Shown: in pieces, positions 1 through 9,762 of the stretch
Numbering within the stretch: position 1 is the first letter of the stretch
Layout: every line of letters starts with the position of its first letter
From: a virus
Lineage: Duplodnaviria; Caudoviricetes
Reading direction: 5' to 3' (one strand)
Virus record (IMG/VR): IMGVR_UViG_3300033143_005707
Span: 1 to 53,592 of that record
Length of the DNA stretch: 53,592 bases
Notes under the pieces: model-generated
The model's input: the letters and a program-made list of their open reading frames with translations, nothing else
Told to the model about the DNA's origin: nothing
Database searches by the model: none
Made by a program: the position numbers and the translations under genes

Positions 1-114
1 TAAATGAACTAGCAATAGCCATTAGATCACCTTTCTCAAATGGAAAGCCGTTCCAAGTTCCCGTGGCAAATACTTCAACTTCTAATTCATACATTTTTCT
101 TTCTCCTCACGTAA
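1..114. repeat. 114-bp direct terminal repeat, left copy (assembly overlap of a circular contig)
   Basis: 1..114 is identical to 53479..53592; the protease ATG (53572) maps to 94 and overlaps the end of the radical SAM ORF, so gene order continues across the junction. Confidence 0.95.
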
Positions 115-798
115 AACTTTTTTATCTATAATATCATTGGGTATAACTTGTGAACAAGAATCACATAATTTACCTTGATTTATTACTAAATTTTTAACTT
201 CATTTCCTACATTGTCTGATACATGATAACCTTCATAATCAAAACAGCATGTCGTTATATCACCATTACTCAATACTGTCGCCCATCCTTCTTTTAAATA
301 TATACATTCTATAACAGGCGCAGTTTCTTCCCATTCTATCTGGCCTGCCCAGTTAAGGGACGATGTAACGAAACTTGCATTAACATCTGCAAGTATTCCA
401 TATTTCATAGCTAGGTCAATTGTTTTCTTTGCTCGCTCAGGTCTATGCAATGAGATATATAATTCAATATTTAATTCAGCAAGTTCTTTAATTTCTTCTT
501 CACTAACCTTAATACCGTTTGTTGAAAGTAAGATGCGTTTACCATATTCATCACGAGCTAATCTACACATGCTCATAAATAAAGGATTTAAAAAACTTTC
601 TCCCATTCCTGTTAAACTTAATTCAGGTTGTGTTCCTTTTCTATCATAATAAGAAACATGATTCATAGCCTGTTCAAATGTTTCCATGCTCATGTGCTGT
701 TTAGGTCGTTGCATTTTAGAATGCGGGCAATACTCACAAGCAAGATTACATTCATTAGTAATTTCTATTTGATGAATCCGTGTTACTTGAACATTCAC
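82..798 (-). CDS. Radical SAM protein with SPASM/Twitch-like C-terminus (paralogue 2)
   Basis: CNLACEYC (CxxxCxxC), GMGESF, STNG, C-terminal C...GDITTCCFD...CDSC; likely GTG start at 798 overlapping the upstream stop (GTGA). Confidence 0.88.
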   Translation of the reverse strand: MNVQVTRIHQIEITNECNLACEYCPHSKMQRPKQHMSMETFEQAMNHVSYYDRKGTQPELSLTGMGESFLNPLFMSMCRLARDEYGKRILLSTNGIKVSEEEIKELAELNIELYISLHRPERAKKTIDLAMKYGILADVNASFVTSSLNWAGQIEWEETAPVIECIYLKEGWATVLSNGDITTCCFDYEGYHVSDNVGNEVKNLVINQGKLCDSCSQVIPNDIIDKKVLREEKEKCMN

Positions 799-1484
799 GC
801 TGTATGCACTCTCTGTTCTTCTGGTACAGATAAATGACACTTATTACATAGGCTATAAGGATACATCATTAGAGTCTCTAAATCATCATCATTAACATGA
901 CCAACAATACCTTTTCCTTCTCCATCAAAACAACATCTGGTGACCATGCCGTCAGCCATAACAAATCCCATTTGATCGCGTATCCAAGAACATTCATTAC
1001 CTTTAGGAGCGGTCACTTCCCAATCAACTTGACCAGCCCAATCAACAGAAGCAATAGATGGATCAGCACTAACTCCTTTCAGTACACCGGCTTTATTAAG
1101 CATATTAACAGCAGGTCCAGCTTTTTCAGGACGATGCAAACTAACCCATACGAAAACATTATTACGTTTTAATGCTTCCACATTTTGTTCTGTTAATGAA
1201 ACTCCATTGGTTGCTAAAATTAAATTACGTTCATTACCTAGAGCTATACGAGCATGATCAACATAGATATCAAAATTTGGATGCATTGTACTTTCGCCGA
1301 TACCGGCTAAGTTTAATTCTGAACCTTGAGTTCCAAGTTCAACAAAACGCCTTACCCAAAATAAAGAACGTTCAAAGATTTCTATATTCATATCTTCTTT
1401 AGCTCTTTTCATATGTGGATGTACACAATATTTGCAACGTAAATTGCAGCGAGATGTTATCTCTATTTGATGAATAGTATTCAT
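795..1484 (-). CDS. Radical SAM protein with SPASM/Twitch-like C-terminus (paralogue 1)
   Basis: IHQIEITSRCNLRCKYC, GIGESTMHP, ATNG, C...GMVTRCCFD...CNKC. Confidence 0.9.
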   Translation of the reverse strand: MNTIHQIEITSRCNLRCKYCVHPHMKRAKEDMNIEIFERSLFWVRRFVELGTQGSELNLAGIGESTMHPNFDIYVDHARIALGNERNLILATNGVSLTEQNVEALKRNNVFVWVSLHRPEKAGPAVNMLNKAGVLKGVSADPSIASVDWAGQVDWEVTAPKGNECSWIRDQMGFVMADGMVTRCCFDGEGKGIVGHVNDDDLETLMMYPYSLCNKCHLSVPEEQRVHTA

Positions 1485-1503
1485 TTTATATGCTCCAAGG
1501 TTA

Positions 1504-3864
1504 TCACATAAATCCTTTTTGTGGTGTCATTGTTGGTTCCCCACCTTCTACAAAGTCTTCTTCATCTACTTCAGTAACTGGAATTAATAAAGATCTACAG
1601 TTATAATGATTTGGTGGACGGTATGAAGCATTTTGCTCCCACCATTCCATTGGATGATTACCACGAGTTTCTTCATCTAAGTGCTTACATATAGCAGTTG
1701 TTCTTCCATCTAATATTGCTGAATATTCATATCCAACAACAAAACCATCTAATGATGGATCTGTAAAATAGGAGTGACGTGCCGTATTGATGGCGTCAAA
1801 TGTTCCAGTTCGTATTATTGTACGGATACGCGCATCGGGATTCGCCACTCCTAAAGCCTCACCAAGCGCATCTTTCGCTTGATCCAAACTTATAAGTCCT
1901 TTTGTTGCTGCCGTTTTATAGATTTCTTGTTCTACTTCATACCAAGTTTTATCATAACGAGCACCATTTAAAATTTCTTGTTCAATGATATTAACTGCTT
2001 CATCAGTAAAATTGCCTGTTATCTTAAACGCTTTCGTTTTAAAATAATCCGTGGCTATAAGGTCAACTCTTTCTGGTGGTATCGTTCTAGAAAAACCGGA
2101 GCCTTTTGCCTTATCAATTTCTAATGCTGCATGTTTTATTCCTTCTTTAAAACCTTCCCTTAGCATAGAGTTTTGAATTGTATTCAGTTTTCTTTTTAAC
2201 TGTTTATCAACCTTTAATAAACGAATATTCTTACTAACATTTTCATCTAACAATCCACCCTGTTTACCCTTCTCTATAAGGTCGGCAAAGATCATGTCCA
2301 TTGTATCCGCTGTTTTGGCATGGTATTCATCAACGATACTATCAGTTGTTTTCCCAATAACCGCAAAATCACAGCGACGCAATGATTTGGTAAACGCACT
2401 AACAGAGATAAGTCCTTTACCTATAATAGTAGATTCTTTAGTTAGCTCCTCATCTTCCTTTTCTTTTTTATCTTCTTTAGGGGGTTTATCTTCTTTGTTT
2501 TTTTCATCTTCTTCTACGTTAGCGTTATCATCGTCGTCACTATTATCAGAATCACCATTGTCACTAGCAATGCGACTTTGTCTTTCTTCTTCAGCATTGG
2601 CCAAATCCTCTTCACTAATTTCAGGGAATTCCATTAATTCGCGCAAATGACTTTCATCGGTAGAAGTTCTTGTAACTGCTCCGGCTGTAACTAAAGTTGT
2701 CCATGTGTTTATTATTTCTAATTTCTTGCTACCAGTAGCGGGCTTGAATTTAAATCGTGGCCATGCATCATCACCAAAATTAACTTCTGCTAACTGTCTA
2801 AATAATTGTTCGTTAATCGCTTCTTCAAGCCTTGTCGCATCAGCTTCCAATGTCCACAAGAAAGCCTCAAGCTGACTTGTTGCTTGGGAATTAGAACCAT
2901 TTTTTCCTTGCGGTGATACTCCAAGCAAATTCGGCACCAATAGAGCTCTAGAAATCGCTGTATCATTATCGTCAATCGCTTCTTTAAATGAAACATTGTT
3001 ATTTGGATAATCACTATTAAATTCTACAGAGCTTGGAATTATTGCTCCGGTGGACATTTGGATAGTGCTTAAAACAGTTTGTAAATCAGCATACTCTTGT
3101 GAGCCGCGTGTTATTGTTTTCCCATCTTTTGCTTGGAACCAACGGAATCCACCTGAGTGCCGTTCAAGCCAAATATTGCGAAACTTATATATAGCATCTT
3201 TACTGAACCAAGCACGATATGCTTCCCTTAATTCACTACCACCATAATGTTCATCAATATCGGAGTTTACGACATACTTAATAAATTTATTCAATTCCAC
3301 CGTTTGGGTTTTATTGTTTACTTTTTGAGTTGTTTTTATTTCTTCCCCAAATTCATCAACATGGAAATAAAACGTATCATAAGGTTTTAATTTTAACTTC
3401 TTAATTCCCCACCATGTAACATTATTAAACTCTATTTGACTGAATATTTTTTCAGTCATAGAATAGCCATTATATATGGCTGACATAATCCCATTTAAAC
3501 CATCTATGAAGCTACCTTCTAATTGATTAATAATTTCATAACTTAATGCAATCCGTTTTTCTGTTTCCTTTTCTGATAAACCATATTTATCCCCGTCCAA
3601 TGTAAAAATATAGTCCCGTGCTGTAACTGCATCACGCTTGAATTTAACAGATGCTTTCACCTGTTCGTCCTGCATCATTTTCTTATATATAGCAGGACCT
3701 CTACGGCCAATTAAATCATCTGGATTATATTTTTCAAAATCAGAAATGTTATAGATAACAGATTGCTCTGACCAACCAACATTTCCAGCAGGAAGATTTT
3801 CAACTTCTCTTACTTCTGGCTTAAATAAAAGCTCAGAAACTTTCTTTCTAAAATTAGGCATCAT
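1504..3864 (-). CDS. Portal protein (DUF935/Mu gp29-like) fused to Mu gpF-like minor head domain
   Basis: Follows TerL; N-terminal portal-like region (YGGSELREAY..W..K), acidic linker, C-terminal YSAILDGRTT.IC..LD...PPNHYNCRS motif of Phage_Mu_F; start placed at MMPNF. Confidence 0.82.
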   Translation of the reverse strand: MMPNFRKKVSELLFKPEVREVENLPAGNVGWSEQSVIYNISDFEKYNPDDLIGRRGPAIYKKMMQDEQVKASVKFKRDAVTARDYIFTLDGDKYGLSEKETEKRIALSYEIINQLEGSFIDGLNGIMSAIYNGYSMTEKIFSQIEFNNVTWWGIKKLKLKPYDTFYFHVDEFGEEIKTTQKVNNKTQTVELNKFIKYVVNSDIDEHYGGSELREAYRAWFSKDAIYKFRNIWLERHSGGFRWFQAKDGKTITRGSQEYADLQTVLSTIQMSTGAIIPSSVEFNSDYPNNNVSFKEAIDDNDTAISRALLVPNLLGVSPQGKNGSNSQATSQLEAFLWTLEADATRLEEAINEQLFRQLAEVNFGDDAWPRFKFKPATGSKKLEIINTWTTLVTAGAVTRTSTDESHLRELMEFPEISEEDLANAEEERQSRIASDNGDSDNSDDDDNANVEEDEKNKEDKPPKEDKKEKEDEELTKESTIIGKGLISVSAFTKSLRRCDFAVIGKTTDSIVDEYHAKTADTMDMIFADLIEKGKQGGLLDENVSKNIRLLKVDKQLKRKLNTIQNSMLREGFKEGIKHAALEIDKAKGSGFSRTIPPERVDLIATDYFKTKAFKITGNFTDEAVNIIEQEILNGARYDKTWYEVEQEIYKTAATKGLISLDQAKDALGEALGVANPDARIRTIIRTGTFDAINTARHSYFTDPSLDGFVVGYEYSAILDGRTTAICKHLDEETRGNHPMEWWEQNASYRPPNHYNCRSLLIPVTEVDEEDFVEGGEPTMTPQKGFM

Positions 3865-5356
3865 AATTTGCAGATTCCATATGGCCAAATGTTTCAGGAG
3901 TAAAATGTGCTGCGTTCGCATAATTTGGAGATTGAGTAGCGTATTGCATTGCTAAACTATCAGCACGATCTGGGGAAGGAAGTCCCGCTTGCTTAATCCT
4001 TCTTTTTGGTTCTATGTCATCAACTTTTTCATTGTCTTTATTCCTTTTAATGCTTAAAAGGTGTGAGCGATATTCATCTTCATCATCTATAGAATTTGGT
4101 AAAGAAATAATCGCACCTTCAGCAAATGCTTCATATAAGGCCATATAGGATTGGACTCTTCTATTTCTCCAAACAGAAGGACTATCCGATTTTTCACCAC
4201 CTTTATATACAACAACATTTTGATTTAGCTTCATTAAGTAACCGGCAGTTCCGGATCCGCAGCCTATTGAATCAACAACAAAATCATCACCCTTAGCAAC
4301 ATCTCCGCCATATCCTTTAAACATTTCCAGCCCTGCTTCAGCCGCTTTAATCGGAGCTTCAGCTGCATTGAAATAAAATTGTTTTTGGGAAAGAACTATA
4401 CGGTAGGATTGATAAACTTTACAGACTGTTATAACAGTAGAATCACCACCACCATCGGCCACATCAATTGAGACTCGTATAGTGGGGTGAGAACCATCTT
4501 CATATTCTTCACTATCCAATGAACTTTCAATATACTCCATTGGAATTAATAGGTATTCATCAAACGCAGCAAATTCACCCATCGCTCTTATTAAAGTAAT
4601 TGGGGAGTTCGCTCCATATTTCTTAATCATGGTATCAACCCATTCTTTAGAAACTAATTCAGGTGCGTCTTCTTGCTTAATATGAAATTTAAAATAAAGG
4701 TCTCTTACGCCACGCTTACAATGATGATTATAAAATTCGCCTTCCGTGCGTGTAGGATTTCCTATTTCTACAGATACCGATCCCAATGTGGTTAATGCGC
4801 CTTCAATAACAGGAAACATAGGATCTAGTCTTTTTGCAGAAGCTTCATCAATTAAAAATAATTGCGGATCATCATGATAACCGGCTAAATTATCAGGGTC
4901 ACTTGCTGTTTCTGCTATAGCCCCCCAATCCGGATCACCAAAACAATCTATGTCCATTCCCTTTACTTTAATATTTTTTCTATAAAATTGATCAGCATGA
5001 GCCATAGCACCACGATAACGAGGCCATAATCTTCTTGTTAGTTGCGCTTCTTTGGGAGCAGTACAGGCAATCTTCCCAAATGTAGTAAAATTCCAAATAT
5101 GCATCAGCAATGCAAGGACTTGAGTTTTACCAGTACCATGACAACTGCGAATAGTTATCCGGCATAATCCTTTATGATTAATAATGGTGGGACGTCCTTG
5201 TATTTTTCTCCGTACATCAAAGACTGCATTGATAGCATCTAATTGCCAATCAAGTGCGGGAAAACCGAGAACATCGGTAAAAAACCATTGAGGATTATCT
5301 TCTGCATGAAGGGCAGCAGCTTTAAATTCATCCATCTGCTTTGTGATGGCATTCAT
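3854..5356 (-). CDS. terL: Terminase large subunit
   Basis: Walker A-like RSCHGTGKT, Walker B FLIDEA, IGNPTR coupling motif, nuclease SIDVADGGGD and SPDRADSL. Confidence 0.92.
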   Translation of the reverse strand: MNAITKQMDEFKAAALHAEDNPQWFFTDVLGFPALDWQLDAINAVFDVRRKIQGRPTIINHKGLCRITIRSCHGTGKTQVLALLMHIWNFTTFGKIACTAPKEAQLTRRLWPRYRGAMAHADQFYRKNIKVKGMDIDCFGDPDWGAIAETASDPDNLAGYHDDPQLFLIDEASAKRLDPMFPVIEGALTTLGSVSVEIGNPTRTEGEFYNHHCKRGVRDLYFKFHIKQEDAPELVSKEWVDTMIKKYGANSPITLIRAMGEFAAFDEYLLIPMEYIESSLDSEEYEDGSHPTIRVSIDVADGGGDSTVITVCKVYQSYRIVLSQKQFYFNAAEAPIKAAEAGLEMFKGYGGDVAKGDDFVVDSIGCGSGTAGYLMKLNQNVVVYKGGEKSDSPSVWRNRRVQSYMALYEAFAEGAIISLPNSIDDEDEYRSHLLSIKRNKDNEKVDDIEPKRRIKQAGLPSPDRADSLAMQYATQSPNYANAAHFTPETFGHMESANYDA

Positions 5357-5721
5357 GAAGTGAGTGCCGCTTTCATTAAATCGCCAAAACTACCAAACGA
5401 AGAACCGGAATCGCCAGAAATCCTTTTCAATAACAGGTTTATAGAATCTTGGCTTTCTTTATCTTCTTTAAATACGGCATTGACTAATAGCTTTTCACTT
5501 AACTTTGCTATAATCTTTTGGCGGATATAACTATGAACCTTTAATAAACCGTCTTTATATTTTTCTATATCAAATGGGATTAACAGAATCGCTTCATCAA
5601 AGTCACTTAAAATACAACAAAGCTCAAAGTCCCGCATAAAAGGATGGAATGCCTTTCTTTCTTTTTCATTCTTAAGAGTTTTTAAGAAAACTTCACTTGC
5701 CATTGAAAATTTCGTTTCCAT
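5353..5721 (-). CDS. Putative terminase small subunit
   Basis: 122-aa helical ORF directly upstream of and overlapping terL; position only. Confidence 0.5.
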   Translation of the reverse strand: METKFSMASEVFLKTLKNEKERKAFHPFMRDFELCCILSDFDEAILLIPFDIEKYKDGLLKVHSYIRQKIIAKLSEKLLVNAVFKEDKESQDSINLLLKRISGDSGSSFGSFGDLMKAALTS

Positions 5722-5803
5722 TATTTTTATTAAAAATTTTCCTACGACTTAATAGGTGCAAGCCTAACACATAATAAGCCTATATACAAGCGTTATATTA
5801 TCC

Positions 5804-6187
5804 TTATTTTTCAAGGTATTTGGAAGCCCATTCAATAAAAATTCTTTGATTAATCCGCATGAATCCTCGTTTACATCCAATTTCTTTTGCCGATATAAGA
5901 AACTCCCATGGTTTTCTGTTTTGCCTGAAACATACAACTGGAACCGCTTGATAAGTGAATTCTTTTTTACATTCAACTACTACTTGCCTCCACCATGAAT
6001 CAAAGTCTAGTATTTCACATCGTTTTACTTCAAAATAAAACGGTTCTATATCAGTAACATCCGACCCACCAGAACGCACTTGCTCAAGGTTCCGTGTTGG
6101 CATTGGAACATTCATGTTATCATATAGCCATTTACAAAATTCACGTTCTCCAACTGCTCCTTTTGTCCTTATGTTTATTCTACCCAT
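5804..6187 (-). CDS. Holliday junction resolvase-like PD-(D/E)XK nuclease
   Basis: RTKGAVGERE, GGSDV, FEVKR, PVVCFRQNRKPW. Confidence 0.8.
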   Translation of the reverse strand: MGRINIRTKGAVGEREFCKWLYDNMNVPMPTRNLEQVRSGGSDVTDIEPFYFEVKRCEILDFDSWWRQVVVECKKEFTYQAVPVVCFRQNRKPWEFLISAKEIGCKRGFMRINQRIFIEWASKYLEK

Positions 6188-6317
6188 TATCAACCTGTCT
6201 CATCAGCATAACCATTAAGCTGATAAACATTGAAATGGGAACGGTAATTAAAAATTCAAAATATAGTGCTATAAAGAAAAGTTCTACTACTGAGGTGTTC
6301 GCTATTAATTCATACAT
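6180..6317 (-). CDS. Small membrane protein, 45 aa (not in ORF track)
   Basis: Manual translation MYELIANTSVVELFFIALYFEFLITVPISMFISLMVMLMRQVDNG with GAGGAGA RBS. Confidence 0.55.
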   Translation of the reverse strand: MYELIANTSVVELFFIALYFEFLITVPISMFISLMVMLMRQVDNG

Positions 6318-6365
6318 TTTATTCTCCTCTCGTCAAAAGCCATTTGGGATCCTCTGTCGGTTTGT

Positions 6366-6455
6366 GATTTTCTGCTCCCAAATTCCTAACCGTTCTATAA
6401 TCCTATTTTTTTCTCGGCGATCCCCGATTTTCCGCTCCCAAATTCCGTACCGTTC
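6366..6455. repeat. 30-bp imperfect direct repeat pair, 60-bp period
   Basis: GATTTTCTGCTCCCAAATTCCTAACCGTTC (6366-6395) vs GATTTTCCGCTCCCAAATTCCGTACCGTTC (6426-6455), 27/30 identical. Confidence 0.85.
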
Positions 6456-6562
6456 CATTTTCCCATTTGCGTCTCTGGGATTATCCGTTTTTTCATGTTT
6501 TTTTCATGACGCTTCCTCCGCTCCCATTTGTCCGTTTGAGAAATCTTGTTTTTCTCTAGATT

Positions 6563-6988
6563 TCACTTGAGCAAATCATCAATAAGGTTTTTCATTTTCT
6601 TACCGTTTAGGTACTCGTTTTCATTCTCATTAATCGCCTCCATTAGAGCGTCTACTATACGGGAATAATCCCTATGCCCTTTTTGGCTTTTAACGATTTG
6701 CATCATTGATTCCATTGCTTCACCGGAAACCTGAAGTGGCGCGAAATCCCCGATCATTTTCAAAGTTTTTTCTTGCTTCTCATTTAGGTCAAAAAGCATA
6801 TAGATTTGCATTGCCTTTTCGCTTCCGTGCAATACAGCGATTCTTTGAAATTCAATTAACATGCGATCCAAATGAATCATCTTGTTTTTTTCTTCCCCTA
6901 CATAATCAACTATTGATTTTGAGGGATAAAGTTTTACTTCTCTTGCCATTCTCATTGCAAATTCTGTAGGAAAATATTCATCATTCAT
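6563..6988 (-). CDS. Hypothetical protein
   Basis: 141-aa ORF with AGGAG RBS. Confidence 0.7.
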   Translation of the reverse strand: MNDEYFPTEFAMRMAREVKLYPSKSIVDYVGEEKNKMIHLDRMLIEFQRIAVLHGSEKAMQIYMLFDLNEKQEKTLKMIGDFAPLQVSGEAMESMMQIVKSQKGHRDYSRIVDALMEAINENENEYLNGKKMKNLIDDLLK

Positions 6989-7263
6989 TTCGTTGCTCCT
7001 TTATATGTTTATACTTGGTTGTACTTTATTATAGTACAAACTCTAAGTGGTTGTTTTCTATTTCTATTCTATTATAAAGACTATATATATATTACTATAT
7101 TAAGACCCTGCAAACACCTATATTTGAGCATTTGAAGGAGGGTGCGTGGGGGCGTGGGGCGAATTCTGATATAAAAGTACAAACCCCTGTTTTACCTTTA
7201 AAAACATACACTTATCCTGTATTATATCCTGTATTATTGTGATACAAATGATATAAACGGATA

Positions 7264-9492
7264 CTATTCATCAGGGAATCCATAATACTTTGCCCGCTTA
7301 TTAGGAATTTCTACCTGTACTAACTGGCCAGACCTTTCAAATAATCGCGTTATCTTTTCTATCCGTTCTACAATATTCTTTTTATCCGAATTATCATCTA
7401 GATTTCTTAATAGTTTTTTCTGGCTAGATATAACCCGAGTTACTTCACACAACGGAACAGCGTGATATCCTTTAATCGCTTTTTGATAGTTTTTCTGTGC
7501 AGCACGTTCACCGGATATTAAATCACTAAACGCATTAAGGATTCCTTCCGCCAGAGGATCAATAGACGTATTGATATATTCTTTAATCGCATATAATTTA
7601 CAGTCAGCCCAATAATTCAATAATGGGAGTAACAACTGAGTATCAAACTTTTCTATTTCTTTCCCATGCTGTTCAGCCCAATTCTTACTAACTCCTAATA
7701 CTAGGGTATAAATCTGCTCAGCGGTGATTTCCAATCGTTTAAGCATTTTTATGCAATTATCATCATCGCCTGCTTTTTCTTTAATTTCTGTTTCCATCCA
7801 TTTACGAAGAGTATCTAACCCTTCATCGTCAGGCATTAATACAATTTTCTTTTTATGCTTAGTTGGTGAGTTTTCGTAAAACTTGAGTAATTCCTTATTT
7901 ATACGATGTTGATGTTTTTTCTTTCTAACGAATGATTTATCAAAAGGGTCTTTATTGCTGCTATGAACAGTTATAATCATACGTCCTAATAAACCGCTAT
8001 CAATCAGATTAGATTTTAAATATGAGGATATCGTTTCAGGTTGGGTATACAATAGGATTTGACAATTCGGGTCTTTAATGGTTTTTACTTCTTTGCCAGA
8101 TTTCATTTTACCCATGATTTCTTGGCCGTCAACAACATCTACGATTTTACTTTCTAATGCTTTTACATGAGAATTAGAACCGCCTGAATTACTCATTTGT
8201 TGAAATATGTGAGTTGCTTCAGTGTTTATCCAAAAGAAGTTTTCTGCTTCATTAAATGATTCTAAAAAAGCGGTATCACTTGTTATGCTTTCGTGCCTTG
8301 ATGCCATATCGGAAAAAGGCGAATGTTTAATTCCGTTATCTTTAAATATTTGATTTAGCGTTCTTATGATTCTTTTACTGTTTACATCTTTACTTGCCGT
8401 TGACATTGCAATACCGAGAAATGCAAGGTTAGGCCGCAATCCCCATTCTGTTACATAATTAGAATTCAATAAATAACTATGAACACTTAATATAGTAGGA
8501 AGTAATAATTCTTTTTCTAATGTGCGGGGAAGTTTTTGAAACTCTTTCCAAATCAATGGCCACGGCTCTGGCCAAGTATTCAACAAATCTTCTGGGAGTT
8601 GTGGCGTAATTGACTTTTGTTTTTCAGACCTTGTTATCTTTCTAACCGGAGCTAATTCGCCATTAATTTTTTCTACTGCTGAATCATAACATTCATCTAA
8701 ATGCCGTTCATCAAATCGGCTTGCTATATCACCCTGACGCTTATGGTCTACATCATCATAGTTAATTCCTTGATGTAAAATGTGCATCGTTTGATTAAAT
8801 AATTCTTTATTCATGCCACGACCAGCGCAAGATAAAGCGATGCTAATCATGCTCCCATGAAGGTCATTCGTGCTCACTAATTCTTGGACAGCACTTTTCA
8901 TGCTGAACGTTCCATGGCTATCAGTATAATTTGATTTCTTTTTTTCTGCTGGGGGAAAGGCTGTTTTAATAACTTCCCATTTATACTTGCGGAAATTACC
9001 ACCAATTACTTTGACGCGAAACTTTCCTGCTTTATGATGATATGTGGAAGGGACTCTTAAAACGCGACTTATATCACGCGCTTTTTTATCGCAGTTATGT
9101 TCGTCAACCATTGTTTGCATGACGCGTTCAAATTCATCATATTTCTTTGTATTGGTTAGCCAATAATAATGATATTTATTTTTAGATGAATTAACTACTA
9201 TAGAAGGTGGTAGTGGCCAGTCCGTTATTAATTTTCCGCTATCATCGTCTTCTACCCAAACTGCGCGAACTCTTAATACTTTATTTTTCTTACGTTGACC
9301 AGCGGGAAATTTGTTTACTGTGAAATATATTCCAAATCCAATTTTGTTTAATGGCTTAATTTCGCTTTCATTTATAACACCTTTAAAACCACGGTCATGG
9401 TGACCCTTTTTACTTTTAAGATCATCGCCAGCACTATACTGAATCTTATTTATATTTTTATTAAAGAGCTTAAGAAATTCTTTTTGGTTCAT
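7264..9492 (-). CDS. DNA primase (RepB-like N-terminal domain) with C-terminal helicase-like domain
   Basis: IYFTVN, VWVEDD, PSIVVNSS..KYHYYW, D..RVLRVP primase motifs; C-terminal region with SGLLGR resembling DUF3987-type domain. Confidence 0.75.
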   Translation of the reverse strand: MNQKEFLKLFNKNINKIQYSAGDDLKSKKGHHDRGFKGVINESEIKPLNKIGFGIYFTVNKFPAGQRKKNKVLRVRAVWVEDDDSGKLITDWPLPPSIVVNSSKNKYHYYWLTNTKKYDEFERVMQTMVDEHNCDKKARDISRVLRVPSTYHHKAGKFRVKVIGGNFRKYKWEVIKTAFPPAEKKKSNYTDSHGTFSMKSAVQELVSTNDLHGSMISIALSCAGRGMNKELFNQTMHILHQGINYDDVDHKRQGDIASRFDERHLDECYDSAVEKINGELAPVRKITRSEKQKSITPQLPEDLLNTWPEPWPLIWKEFQKLPRTLEKELLLPTILSVHSYLLNSNYVTEWGLRPNLAFLGIAMSTASKDVNSKRIIRTLNQIFKDNGIKHSPFSDMASRHESITSDTAFLESFNEAENFFWINTEATHIFQQMSNSGGSNSHVKALESKIVDVVDGQEIMGKMKSGKEVKTIKDPNCQILLYTQPETISSYLKSNLIDSGLLGRMIITVHSSNKDPFDKSFVRKKKHQHRINKELLKFYENSPTKHKKKIVLMPDDEGLDTLRKWMETEIKEKAGDDDNCIKMLKRLEITAEQIYTLVLGVSKNWAEQHGKEIEKFDTQLLLPLLNYWADCKLYAIKEYINTSIDPLAEGILNAFSDLISGERAAQKNYQKAIKGYHAVPLCEVTRVISSQKKLLRNLDDNSDKKNIVERIEKITRLFERSGQLVQVEIPNKRAKYYGFPDE

Positions 9493-9509
9493 TATTATTT
9501 TATCCCATT

Positions 9510-9549
9510 AAAAAAAGTCAGGAACCTTAATGGGGTAAAGATCCCTGAC
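9510..9549 (-). terminator. Terminator-like hairpin in primase leader
   Basis: Minus strand GTCAGGGATCTT...AAGGTTCCTGAC followed by T7, ending ~18 nt before the primase ATG. Confidence 0.55.
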
Positions 9550-9585
9550 CAATAACATGCTATCACCGTCGCAATAACTGAGAGC

Positions 9586-9614
9586 ACTATACACTATATA
9601 TATAATGAAAGCTA
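9586..9614 (-). promoter_or_regulatory. Putative sigma70 promoter for primase
   Basis: TAGCTT-N17-TATAGT on minus strand. Confidence 0.45.
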
Positions 9615-9626
9615 ATCGGATCTAAT

Positions 9627-9655
9627 TTGCTATTGGAATAATCTTTTGTTATTAT
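9627..9655 (+). promoter_or_regulatory. Putative sigma70 promoter for early genes
   Basis: TTGCTA-N17-TATTAT with TGn extended -10; followed by leader hairpin 9668-9727. Confidence 0.6.
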
Positions 9656-9762
9656 AAATGCTCAGTAGTTGGCAGCAGGTTTTTTCGGTTCCATCCAGTC
9701 CGAATGTTCATAAACTTGTTGTCAACTCTTTTATTTAAAACTGGTCAAACTGGTGAACGATA

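Noticed and set aside
1-114. Terminal repeat as a biological DTR
   Set aside because: It falls inside coding sequence at a gene junction and is best explained as assembler overlap of a circular or permuted genome
82-1484. rSAM genes as QueE of a 7-deazaguanine pathway
   Set aside because: SPASM-like C-termini, and no FolE, QueD, QueC or DpdA recognised
2294-2650. Ser-rich antisense ORFs (also 14381-14701, 38697-39710, 44329-44880 and others)
   Set aside because: Shadow frames of acidic or repetitive real genes on the opposite strand
6366-6455. Mini CRISPR array (30-bp repeat, 30-bp spacer)
   Set aside because: Only two imperfect, non-palindromic copies with no leader or recognisable repeat family end
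6094-6570. 158-aa plus-strand ORF
   Set aside because: Antisense to the late operon, TTG start without RBS, composition reflects the repeat tract
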